Assembly: GCA_034521815.1 (NCBI GenBank)
Contig: JAXHLW010000013.1
Coordinates: forward strand, 864,001-928,000
Length of the DNA: 64,000 nucleotides
Direction of reading: 5' to 3'
Source of the DNA: Trueperaceae bacterium
GTDB lineage: Bacteria > Deinococcota > Deinococci > Deinococcales > Trueperaceae
Part shown: positions 52,456-62,241 of the stretch, one piece after another
Numbering within the stretch: the first letter of the stretch is position 1
How the letters are laid out: the number at the start of each line of letters is the position of its first letter
Notes under the pieces: generated by a model
Seen by the model: only the letters and a program-made list of their open reading frames with translations
Told to the model about the DNA's origin: nothing
Databases searched by the model: none
Translations under genes and position numbers: made by a program

Positions 52456-53504
52456 CCGTTCAGATCTGGCTGGGCGCGCTGGGCGTGCTGGGCGTCACCG
52501 CCGCGGCGCCCCAGCTGGGCGTCGAGCACGCCTTGCGGGTCACGGCCGCCCTGGCGCTCACCGTCGTGGTCGCCCGCATTCCCGTCCGGAGCGTGGTGCG
52601 CGCCAGTCCGTGGCTGTACGGAGGAACGCTGGCGCTGCTCGTCCTGGTGCTGTTCATCGGCGTCTCGCCCGCGGGAAGCGACGCGAAGCGCTGGCTGCTG
52701 ATCGGCGGCATCTCGTTCCAGCCCTCCGAGCTGATGAAGGTCGCCGTGATCGCCTACCTCGCGGCGTTCTTCCACAACCACCTGGGCGACTGGCAGATCT
52801 GGCGGCCGATGGTCGTCGTCGGCCTGGCCGCCGGCCTGATCGTCGCCGAGCCCGACGTGAGCACCGCGCTGTTCCTGTTCGCGTTGGCGTTCGCGGTGAT
52901 GCTGGCCGCGGGCACCACCTTGGTCCGCCTGTTGTCGATCTCGACCGCGGCGGCGCTGATCGCGCTGGTGATCGGCGGGCCGTACCTGAGTCAGTTCGGG
53001 TACCTGTCCGATCGGATCACCGGCTTCGCCGACCTGTGGGGAGCTCAGGAGGCGACCCAGACGACCAGCTACCAGGCCTACCAGGCACGCCAGGCGCTGG
53101 CCGCCGGCGGCGTGATCGGCATCGGCCCCGGCCGACCGGTCCGCGTGCCGGAAGCCGAGACGGACATGGTGGCGATCTCGATCGGACGGTCGCTGGGGCT
53201 GGCCGGGATGGCCGGCCTGGTGATCCTCTACCTGATCGTCGCCTCGCGCGGGCTGCGGATCGCGGCGGCGCAGGCGGGGCCCGGCGCCCTGCTGGCGGCC
53301 GGAGCCACGGCGTACCTGTGCGGCCAGGCCGCGCTGAACCTGCTGGTCGCCTCCGGTCTCCTCCCCGTCACCGGCATCCCGCTCCCGTTCGTCAGCTACG
53401 GGCTGAACAGCCTGGTGTCGGTCGCGATCGCGTTCGGGTTCCTCCACGCCGCTCACCGCGAGGCGCGTCGGGCCGTCGATCGGGACGCCGAGGCGACGTC
53501 GTGA
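52437..53504 (+). CDS. ftsW: SEDS peptidoglycan polymerase
   Basis: AKRWL, FQPSELMK, EPD, YQAYQ, PEAETD, PVTGIPLPFVSYG. Confidence 0.92.
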   Translation: MDRLLLTVQIWLGALGVLGVTAAAPQLGVEHALRVTAALALTVVVARIPVRSVVRASPWLYGGTLALLVLVLFIGVSPAGSDAKRWLLIGGISFQPSELMKVAVIAYLAAFFHNHLGDWQIWRPMVVVGLAAGLIVAEPDVSTALFLFALAFAVMLAAGTTLVRLLSISTAAALIALVIGGPYLSQFGYLSDRITGFADLWGAQEATQTTSYQAYQARQALAAGGVIGIGPGRPVRVPEAETDMVAISIGRSLGLAGMAGLVILYLIVASRGLRIAAAQAGPGALLAAGATAYLCGQAALNLLVASGLLPVTGIPLPFVSYGLNSLVSVAIAFGFLHAAHREARRAVDRDAEATS

Positions 53505-54610
53505 GGCTGCTGCTGGCGGCGGGAGGCACGGGCGGCCACGTCTTCCCCGCCCTGGCGCTGGCGGCCGAGGCGGCGCTCGGCGGACACCAGACGCTGCTGA
53601 TCGGCGCACGCGGCGGGATGGAGGAGCGGCTGGCGGCCGAGGCGAGCGTGCCGTTCGTGGGCGTGCCGGCCGGAAAGTGGGATCGGCAGCGGCCCGACCC
53701 GCGCCAGGCGTGGCACGCGCTCCGCGGCCTGGGCGTCGCGCTCGCGGCGACCCGCCGCTACGCTCCGGACGTCACCGTCGCCTTCGGCGGCTTCGCGTCG
53801 TTCCCCGGCTGCGTCGCGTCGGTCCTGACCCGCACGCCGCTGGTCTTGCACGAAGGGAACGCCTACCCAGGCCGCGTGACGCGCTGGTTCGCCGGCCGGG
53901 CGCGGGCCGTGGCGTTGGCGCTCCCCGAAGCGGCTCCGCGACTGCCCGGCGCCAGGCGCCTCGAGACCGTCGGCTTCCCCGTGCGCGAGACCCGCATCGA
54001 CCGCCTGGAGGCGCGCCGCCGACTGGGCGTTCCAGGCGAGGGGCTGCTCACGCTGGCGATGGGCGGGTCGCAAGGCTCGCTGGCCCTGAACGAGGCGGTC
54101 CCGGCCGCCTATCGCCAGTTGCCTACGCCCAGCCGTGGCGCGGTGCTGCACGCCACCGGACCCCGTTGGCTGGAGGCCGTCGAGGACGCCACCAGCGACC
54201 TGCCGAGCTACCGGACGACCGGCTTCGTGGACGCCACCCTCGCCTGGTCGGCCGCGGACCTCGCGCTGGTGCGCGCCGGCGTGGGTACGCTCTCGGAAGC
54301 GGCGTACCACGCCGTGCCGCTCGTGATGCTTCCCCTGCCGACCGCGGCCGACGATCATCAGCGGCACAATGCCAGGGCCGTGGCCGCCGCGGGAGGCGGA
54401 CGCGCGGTCGAGCAGGACGATCTGGCGGCGATCACAGACGCTTGGCGCTCGTTCCTGGACGCCGAGACGCGAGCGATCGCCTCCGCCAAGATCGCCGCGC
54501 GGAGCCCCGAAGGCGCCGCGGCCAGGCTGCTGAGCGTCGCCCAGGCCGCCGCGCGGCCCGGCGAGCCACCGACCACGACCACGAGCCGAGCCGAGGAAGG
54601 CCAACGATGA
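53501..54610 (+). CDS. murG: Lipid II GlcNAc transferase
   Basis: AGGTGGHVFPA, FGGFAS, HEGN, GFPVR, GGSQGS, HQRHNA. Confidence 0.95.
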   Translation: MRLLLAAGGTGGHVFPALALAAEAALGGHQTLLIGARGGMEERLAAEASVPFVGVPAGKWDRQRPDPRQAWHALRGLGVALAATRRYAPDVTVAFGGFASFPGCVASVLTRTPLVLHEGNAYPGRVTRWFAGRARAVALALPEAAPRLPGARRLETVGFPVRETRIDRLEARRRLGVPGEGLLTLAMGGSQGSLALNEAVPAAYRQLPTPSRGAVLHATGPRWLEAVEDATSDLPSYRTTGFVDATLAWSAADLALVRAGVGTLSEAAYHAVPLVMLPLPTAADDHQRHNARAVAAAGGGRAVEQDDLAAITDAWRSFLDAETRAIASAKIAARSPEGAAARLLSVAQAAARPGEPPTTTTSRAEEGQR

Positions 54611-56058
54611 GCACGCACCTCCACTTCATGGGCGTCGGTGGCGTCAGCATGAGCGGACTGGCCCGTCACTACCGCGCCGCCGGCCACCGGGTGTCCGGCT
54701 GCGACGCCGCGACGACCGCCACGACCGACGAGCTCCGGGCGCAAGGCATCGACGTCGCGATCGGGCACGATCCGTCGCACCTCGACGGCGTGGACGCGCT
54801 GGTCGTCAGCGCGGCGATCGCCGCCGACGAGCCCGAGCTCGTCGAGGCGCGTCGCCGGGGAGTGACGGTCCACAGGCGCATCGACCTGCTGGCCGAGCTG
54901 TTCGAGAGCTACCGCGCCATCGGCGTCACCGGAACGCACGGCAAGAGCACCACGAGCGGCATGATCGCCACGATCCTGGTGCGGCACGGCGACGACCCCG
55001 CTGTTCAGCTCGGTGCCACCCTGCCGGCGCTGGCGGGCGTCATGCGCTTCGGACGCGGCGCGCACCTCGTGGCGGAGGTCGACGAATCCGATCCCGGCTT
55101 CGCCCAGCTCCGGACCGACGTCGCGATCGTCACGAACCTCGAGGACGACCACATCGCGGGTGAGCACGACGAGCGACGTACCTACCACGCCAGCTTGGAC
55201 GACCTCGAGGATGCCGTCCGCCGCTTCGCGCGGCAGGCGAGGGTCCTGGTCAGCTGCGCGGACTGGCCCACCCTGGACGAGCTGCTCGCCGGGCACCCGC
55301 GCCACCTGCGCTACGGCGAGGCGGCGCACGCCGAGTACCGCGTCGCGGACCTGACGCTGGGTCCGTCCGAGAGCCGGTTTCGGCTTCACGGCCCCGGCGA
55401 GGTCGCCGAGGTGACGCTGAGCGTGCCCGGCCGCTACAACGTGCTCAACGCGGCAGGCGCGCTGGCTGCGGCCCATCAGGCCGGCGTGGCGCTCCAAGAC
55501 GGCGCGGAGGCGCTGGCCGGCTTCGGCGGCGTCGGGCGACGCTGGCAACGCTGGGGCGAGCTGCGGGGCGCGCTGGTGATCGACGACTACGCGCACCACC
55601 CGACCGAGGTGGCGGCCACCCTCGAGGCGGCCCGCGCCACGGGTCGCCGCGTGCGCGCCGTGCTCCAGCCGCATCGCTGGGTCCGGACGGCGCGACACTG
55701 GCCGGCGCTCGCCGATGCGGCGGCCGCGGCGGACGAGGTGCTGGTCCTGGACGTCTACGCCGCGGGCGAGCGGGCGATCCCCGGCGTCTCGGCCGACCGG
55801 ATCGTGGAGCGCCTCGTCGCAGCGGGACGGTCCGCCTCGAGGCACGACCTGGTGTCTGCCCAGCGCTACTTGGAGGACACCCTGAGGCCGAACGACCTGG
55901 TGATCACGCTGGGCGCGGGCGACGTGTGGCGGGTCGCGGCGGCGCTGATGGAGCACGCGACGGCCGATGCGGTGGACGATGCCCTGGCCGACGATGACCT
56001 GGCCGACGATGCGCTGGCGGACGATCCGGCGACGCCCGCCGGCAGGGAGCGCCCATGA
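54607..56058 (+). CDS. murC: UDP-MurNAc--L-Ala ligase
   Basis: HFMGVGGVSMS, GTHGKSTT, EVDESD, DDYAHHPTE, QPHR, LGAGD. Confidence 0.95.
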   Translation: MSTHLHFMGVGGVSMSGLARHYRAAGHRVSGCDAATTATTDELRAQGIDVAIGHDPSHLDGVDALVVSAAIAADEPELVEARRRGVTVHRRIDLLAELFESYRAIGVTGTHGKSTTSGMIATILVRHGDDPAVQLGATLPALAGVMRFGRGAHLVAEVDESDPGFAQLRTDVAIVTNLEDDHIAGEHDERRTYHASLDDLEDAVRRFARQARVLVSCADWPTLDELLAGHPRHLRYGEAAHAEYRVADLTLGPSESRFRLHGPGEVAEVTLSVPGRYNVLNAAGALAAAHQAGVALQDGAEALAGFGGVGRRWQRWGELRGALVIDDYAHHPTEVAATLEAARATGRRVRAVLQPHRWVRTARHWPALADAAAAADEVLVLDVYAAGERAIPGVSADRIVERLVAAGRSASRHDLVSAQRYLEDTLRPNDLVITLGAGDVWRVAAALMEHATADAVDDALADDDLADDALADDPATPAGRERP

Positions 56059-56927
56059 CCGTGGACCGCGACGCGGCTCGCGCCAACGGACCCCGCGCCA
56101 GCGGAGCGCGCGTCCGCGTCCGGCCGATGGCCGAGCTCACGACCTTGCGCGTCGGCGGTCCCGCCGAGGTGTGGGAGGTCGACGACGTGACGGGCGCGCG
56201 CGACGCGACGTCCGAGCCGTTCCGCGCCCTCGGCGCCGGCTCGAACCTGCTGGTCGCCGATGCGGGCGTCGAGGGTCGCGTCGTCAAGCTGGGGCGCGGC
56301 TTCGACGACGTGCGCGCCTTCGGTGACGCCACCGACGTCTGGCTGGGCGCCGCCACGCCGCTGCCAGGCCTGGTGCGCCGCGCCCAGAAGGCCGGCCTGT
56401 CGGGGCTCGAAGGCGTGCTGGGCATCCCCGCGGTGCTGGGCGGAGCGATCGCGATGAACGCCGGCACCCGCTTCGGCGAGATGTCCGACACCGTTCGCGA
56501 GGTCGAGGTGCTCGTCGACGGATCGGTCGAGCGCCTGCCCGCGGACGCCCTGGACCTTCGCTACCGTCACGCGACGCTGCCCAGGAGCGGGCTGCTGCTG
56601 CGGGCGCGGCTGGTGCTGACGCCCTCGACCCCGGAGCGGGTCGCCACCGCCATGGAGGCGGTCGACGCGGCCCGCAAGGGGCAGCCGAAGAACAAGTCGG
56701 CCGGCTGCGCGTTCAAGAATCCGGTGGGCGACAGCGCCGGCCGCCTGATCGACGCGGCCGGGCTCAAGGGGCTGCGCGTGGGCGACGCGATGATCTCGCA
56801 CGAGCACGGAAACTTCGTCGTCAACCTGGGCGCCGCGACCGCGGCCGACGTGCTCGCGCTCTTAGGCGAGGTGCGGAGCCGGGTCGGCGTGCCGCTGGAG
56901 CTCGAGTGGCGACGTTGGGGCTGGTGA
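56055..56927 (+). CDS. murB: UDP-N-acetylmuramate dehydrogenase
   Basis: TTLRVGGPA, LGAGSNLL, GIPAVLGGAIAMNAG, SAGCAFKNP, HGNFVVN, LELE. Confidence 0.95.
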   Translation: MTVDRDAARANGPRASGARVRVRPMAELTTLRVGGPAEVWEVDDVTGARDATSEPFRALGAGSNLLVADAGVEGRVVKLGRGFDDVRAFGDATDVWLGAATPLPGLVRRAQKAGLSGLEGVLGIPAVLGGAIAMNAGTRFGEMSDTVREVEVLVDGSVERLPADALDLRYRHATLPRSGLLLRARLVLTPSTPERVATAMEAVDAARKGQPKNKSAGCAFKNPVGDSAGRLIDAAGLKGLRVGDAMISHEHGNFVVNLGAATAADVLALLGEVRSRVGVPLELEWRRWGW

Positions 56928-56930
56928 GCG

Positions 56931-57542
56931 GTGCGCGCGCTGCTGTTGATCATGGGCCTGCTGATCGTGGCCGCGCTGGGCGTCACGCGCTTCTGGCCCA
57001 CCGTCGAGCGGATCGAGGTGACCGGCGCCCGCCACCACGCTGTGGGCGACGTGCTGAGACTGGCCCGCGTCGCGCCCGGCGACCCGCTGCTGTGGATCAC
57101 CACCTGGCGGGTGGCGGGCCTGAGCGAGGATCCGTGGATCGCGCGCGCCCGGGTGACCCGGCACTGGCCCGACACGGTCTCGATCGCGGTGTGGGAGCGC
57201 GCTCCGCTGGCGCGCTCCGGCGACGGTCCAGGCGCGCAGGTGTGGGCCAGGGACGGCACCGTGTTGCCCTCCGCCAGCGCGGAGGAGCGAGCCGATCTTC
57301 CGATCGTGACGGGCTGGGGCGGCGACCGAACGGCGGAAGCGCTGGAGCTCGTCGACCTGGTGAGGAGCCGCCGACCGAAGGTGATACAGTACTCGCCGGA
57401 AGGCTTCGAGATCGCCCTGTCGGATGCGGTGCTGTTCACGCCCGACGTTTCGTCGCTGCGGCGACAGTGGGCGGCCGTGGAACGCCACCGAGGGGGACGG
57501 CTCGCCGTGTACCCGTGGGGAGTGAGCAAGGCACATGAGTGA
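56931..57542 (+). CDS. ftsQ: Cell division protein FtsQ/DivIB
   Basis: TM plus POTRA (IEVTG..DPWIARARVTRHWPDTVSIAVWER); located before ftsA. Confidence 0.85.
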   Translation: MRALLLIMGLLIVAALGVTRFWPTVERIEVTGARHHAVGDVLRLARVAPGDPLLWITTWRVAGLSEDPWIARARVTRHWPDTVSIAVWERAPLARSGDGPGAQVWARDGTVLPSASAEERADLPIVTGWGGDRTAEALELVDLVRSRRPKVIQYSPEGFEIALSDAVLFTPDVSSLRRQWAAVERHRGGRLAVYPWGVSKAHE

Positions 57543-58779
57543 CGAACGCATCATCGTCGGGCTGGACATCGGTACGACCAAGATCTGCACCGTCATCGGC
57601 GAGGTCGCCGGCGACGGGGTCCTCGACATCATCGGCGAGGGCACGGTGCCCAGCGACGGCCTCCGCAAGGGCGTGGTCGTGAACCTGGAGCGCACCATCG
57701 AATCGGTGCGCCAGTCGATCGCCGCCGCCGAGCGCGTCGCCGGCGTCACCGTCCAGTCGGCCTGGCTGGGCGTCGCCGGCAGCCACCTGAAGGCGTTCAC
57801 GAGCCACGGCATGGCCGCGATCCGGCGGGGCCAGGAAGTCACCCGCGCCGATCTGGAGCGCACCATCGAGAACGCCCGCGCGGTTCCGATGGAGAGCCAC
57901 ATGGACGTGCTCCACGTCATCCCTCAGGAGTACGTGGTGGACGGCAACGACGGCATCAAGGATCCGGTCGGCATGTCCGGCGTTCGGCTCGAGGTGGACG
58001 TTCACGTCGTCACCGGCTCGCAAGGGCCGCTCGCGAACCTCAGGCGCTGCGCGGACGACGCCGGCATCGCCGTCGACGGCATGGTCGTCCAGGCGCTGGC
58101 GTCGGGCTTGGCGGTCCTCAGCGAGCACGAGAAGGACCTCACCACGCTGCTGATCGACGTGGGCGGCGGCACCACGGACGTGGGCGTGTTCCGGCGCGGC
58201 GTGCTGGCCCACTCGGCGGTCATCCCGCTGGGCGGCGACCACGTGACGCAGGACATCAGTCAGCTTCTGCGCATCCCCCCCGACGAGGCCGAGCGCGTCA
58301 AGCGACGCCACGGCGTCGCGCAGCCCGACCTGGCCGACCGCGAGGTCGTGCTCGAGGTCGCGAATCCGGGCTACACCGCCAGCATCTCGACCTTCGAGCT
58401 GGCGCAGGTGATCAAGCCCCGCATGATGGAGATCTTCGACCTCGTCAAACGGGACATCGAGCAGCGCATGGGCGCGCTCGAGCTGACCGCGGGCAACGTC
58501 GTCCTCACGGGCGGCGCCAGCATGATGCCCGGCGTGGAGCAGCTCGCCGCCGAGCGCTTCAGGCTGCCGGTACGCACCGGCGCGCCGCACGGCGTGTCCG
58601 GGCTGACCGACGTGGTGTCGGGACCGGCCCACGCGACCGCCGTCGGGCTGGTCCGCTACGGCATGCTGCACCAGCACGAGAACGGTTCCGCCACCTCCCG
58701 CGGCAAGGCCCGCCCCGGCGCCGGCGAGGGGCCGGCCTTCCTCAACCGCCTGCGCGACATCCTCAAGGATTTTTTCTGA
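57535..58779 (+). CDS. ftsA: Cell division protein FtsA
   Basis: VGLDIGTTKI, GLRKGVV, DVGGGTTD, GGDHVT, AERVK, VLTGG. Confidence 0.97.
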   Translation: MSDERIIVGLDIGTTKICTVIGEVAGDGVLDIIGEGTVPSDGLRKGVVVNLERTIESVRQSIAAAERVAGVTVQSAWLGVAGSHLKAFTSHGMAAIRRGQEVTRADLERTIENARAVPMESHMDVLHVIPQEYVVDGNDGIKDPVGMSGVRLEVDVHVVTGSQGPLANLRRCADDAGIAVDGMVVQALASGLAVLSEHEKDLTTLLIDVGGGTTDVGVFRRGVLAHSAVIPLGGDHVTQDISQLLRIPPDEAERVKRRHGVAQPDLADREVVLEVANPGYTASISTFELAQVIKPRMMEIFDLVKRDIEQRMGALELTAGNVVLTGGASMMPGVEQLAAERFRLPVRTGAPHGVSGLTDVVSGPAHATAVGLVRYGMLHQHENGSATSRGKARPGAGEGPAFLNRLRDILKDFF

Positions 58780-58819
58780 GCCCGCCCGCTCGCCGCCGAG
58801 TCCCGGCCAGGAGGCACCC

Positions 58820-59881
<1,062 letters not shown>

Positions 59882-60022
59882 GCGACGAGCGCCCCCTCGT
59901 GCCGGTCGCGCGGCGCCCGCACGGTGCCCACGCGGCACCGCGGCGGGCGCCGCGCGCTTGGCGCGACCGACGCGACCGAGGCGCGACCGGTGCGACGGAT
60001 GCGACCGGACAGGAGACGTCAG

Positions 60023-60517
60023 GTGAAGCGAGAAACCGTCTGGTCCGGCCGCATCGTGCAGCTCGAGCTCCTCGGCGGTCGCTACGAGGTGGTGCGCCAC
60101 GCTTCGGCCGTGGCGGTCCTGGCGATTCGCGACGGGCTGGTCCTTGGCGTGAGCCAGGACCGCATCGCGGTCGGCGTGCGCACCTGGGAGCTCCCCGCCG
60201 GGCTGATCGATCCGGGCGAGGCGCCGCTCGAGGCCGCCGTGCGCGAGCTGCGCGAAGAGACGCAGCTGTGCGGGCGGCTCGTCCCGATCACGCGCCTGTA
60301 CGCCAGCCCCGGCTTCACCGACGAAGAGGTCCACCTGTTCGAGGCGCACGAGCTGGCTCCGTGCGAAGGCGTTCCCGACGAGGACGAGGAGCTCGTGGCG
60401 TCGTGGAGGGACCCGCTCGAGGTGTGGCGCGAGGTGGCGGACGGACGCGCGTCCACCAGCGGCGTCACCCTGCTGGGGCTGCGCCACGCCCTGGCGCGCC
60501 TCGGCATCGAGCCGTGA
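60023..60517 (+). CDS. Nudix hydrolase (ADP-ribose pyrophosphatase-like)
   Basis: ELPAGLIDPGEAPLEAAVRELREET Nudix box; YASPGFTDE; AGGAG RBS. Confidence 0.88.
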   Translation: MKRETVWSGRIVQLELLGGRYEVVRHASAVAVLAIRDGLVLGVSQDRIAVGVRTWELPAGLIDPGEAPLEAAVRELREETQLCGRLVPITRLYASPGFTDEEVHLFEAHELAPCEGVPDEDEELVASWRDPLEVWREVADGRASTSGVTLLGLRHALARLGIEP

Positions 60518-60534
60518 CGCCCGGCGACGCCGCC

Positions 60535-60581
60535 GCGGAGGGTGCAGTGGAGGGTGCCGTGGAGGGTGCAGTGGAGGTCCC
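60535..60581. repeat. 12-bp tandem repeat x4 (GTGGAGGGTGCA) containing the ribF RBS
   Basis: Units at 60535, 60547, 60559 and 60571. Confidence 0.88.
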
Positions 60582-61487
60582 GTGCGGGTCGTGAGCTCCG
60601 TGCCCGAGCTCGATGTCCGCGGCGCCGTCGTCGCGATCGGGAACTTCGACGGCGTCCACCGCGGACACCGGGCTCTGCTGGAGCGCATGCGGCAGTGGGC
60701 GGACGACGAGGGCCGGCCGCCCGTGGTGGTGACGTTCTTCCCTCCCGCCAAGGTGCTGTTCCGCGGCGCGAGCTACCTCAGCTCCCGCGACGAGAAGCTC
60801 GAGCTTCTCCGGCCGTTCGGACCGGACGCCGTCGCCGTCGTGCCGTTCACCCACGACTACGCCAGAACCGACAAGGGAGCTTTCCTGGCCCGCCTCGCGG
60901 AGCTTTCGCCGCGCGCCGTGGTGGTCGGCGAGGACTTCCGCTTCGGCCGGCACCGGGCCGGCGGCCTGGACGACCTTCAGCACGTCCCCGAGCGGCTCGA
61001 GGTGTTCGGTCTCCGGCTCGACGGCGACGCGCCGATCAGCAGCTCGCGCATTCGCGAGCACCTCGCCGCGGGCGAGATCGCGGCCGCGAACCGGCTGCTG
61101 GGAGAGCCGTACCTGGCGATGGGACCGGTCGTGGTCGGTGACCGGCGCGGCCGTACGATCGGGGTTCCGACCGCGAACCTGGAGCTGCCGCCCGAGAAGG
61201 CGCTGCCGCTGGGCGTGTTCGCCGTCGCGGTCGACACGCCGCACGGAACGTTCGGCGGGATGGCCAACGTGGGGCCGCGCCCCAGCTTCCCAGGCGGCGC
61301 CCCCAGGCTCGAGGCGCACCTCTTCGATTTCGACGGCGATCTTTACGGCGCCACGCTCACGGTCCGGTTCCTGACGCGCTTGCGCGGACAACGACGGTTC
61401 GACGGGCTCGACGATCTGAAGGCGCAGCTGGACGCGGACCGGATCGCGGCTCGCCGTGCTCTGGCCCAGCCGCCCGAGGCGCGGTAG
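60582..61487 (+). CDS. ribF: Bifunctional riboflavin kinase/FAD synthetase
   Basis: IGNFDGVHRGH, GEDFRFG, ISSSRIR, GRTIGVPTAN, EAHLFDFDGDLYG. Confidence 0.96.
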   Translation: MRVVSSVPELDVRGAVVAIGNFDGVHRGHRALLERMRQWADDEGRPPVVVTFFPPAKVLFRGASYLSSRDEKLELLRPFGPDAVAVVPFTHDYARTDKGAFLARLAELSPRAVVVGEDFRFGRHRAGGLDDLQHVPERLEVFGLRLDGDAPISSSRIREHLAAGEIAAANRLLGEPYLAMGPVVVGDRRGRTIGVPTANLELPPEKALPLGVFAVAVDTPHGTFGGMANVGPRPSFPGGAPRLEAHLFDFDGDLYGATLTVRFLTRLRGQRRFDGLDDLKAQLDADRIAARRALAQPPEAR

Positions 61488-61497
61488 GGTCGCGGTC

Positions 61498-62238
61498 ATG
61501 TGGATCTACGGCCGAAACCCGGTGCTCGAGGCCTTGCAGCAGGGCCAAGCGGAACGACTCGTGATCGCGGCGGGCGTCAAGAAGGGCGCCGTCGCCGAGC
61601 TTCACAAGGCCGCGCGCGCCGCCGGCGTTCCGGTCGAGACCGTGCCGCGCATCGAGCTCGATCGTGCCTTGGGCACCACCTCGCACCAAGGCGTGGCGGC
61701 GGAGCTTCCCGAGCTGGAGCACGCGCCGCTCGAGGACGCGCTCGCGCGGGCCACCGAGCGTGACGAGCGGCTGCTCCTCGTGCTCCTCGACCAGGTCCAG
61801 GATCCCCGTAACTACGGCGCGATCATCCGCAGCGCGGAGGTGTTCGGCGCCCACGGCGTCGTGACCGAGACCCGCAGGAGCGCTCCCCTGTCCGCCGTGG
61901 TCGCCAAGACCGCTGCCGGCGCCGCGAGCCACCTGCCGCTCGTTCAGGTCGCGAACCTGCCGACCCTGATCCGCGACCTGAAGCGGCGGAACGTCTGGAT
62001 CTACGGCGCCGACGAAGGCGGCGAGACCACCCCGGACCGCGTGGACTGGGATCGGGACGTCGCCCTGGTGATCGGCTCGGAGGGCAGCGGCCTGCGCCGC
62101 CTGGTCGGCGAGCTGTGCGACGAGCGCGTCGCCATCCCCACCAAGGGACGGATCGGCTCGCTGAACGCTTCGGTCGCGGCCGGAGTGATGCTGTACGCCG
62201 TGCAGTCCGGCCGCGACCGGACGCAGCGAGGAGGCTGA
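61498..62238 (+). CDS. rlmB: 23S rRNA Gm2251 methyltransferase (SPOUT)
   Basis: IYGRNPVLEAL, HQGV, LDQVQDPRNYGAIIRSA, IGSEGSG, SLNASVA. Confidence 0.93.
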   Translation: MWIYGRNPVLEALQQGQAERLVIAAGVKKGAVAELHKAARAAGVPVETVPRIELDRALGTTSHQGVAAELPELEHAPLEDALARATERDERLLLVLLDQVQDPRNYGAIIRSAEVFGAHGVVTETRRSAPLSAVVAKTAAGAASHLPLVQVANLPTLIRDLKRRNVWIYGADEGGETTPDRVDWDRDVALVIGSEGSGLRRLVGELCDERVAIPTKGRIGSLNASVAAGVMLYAVQSGRDRTQRGG

Positions 62239-62241
62239 CCC

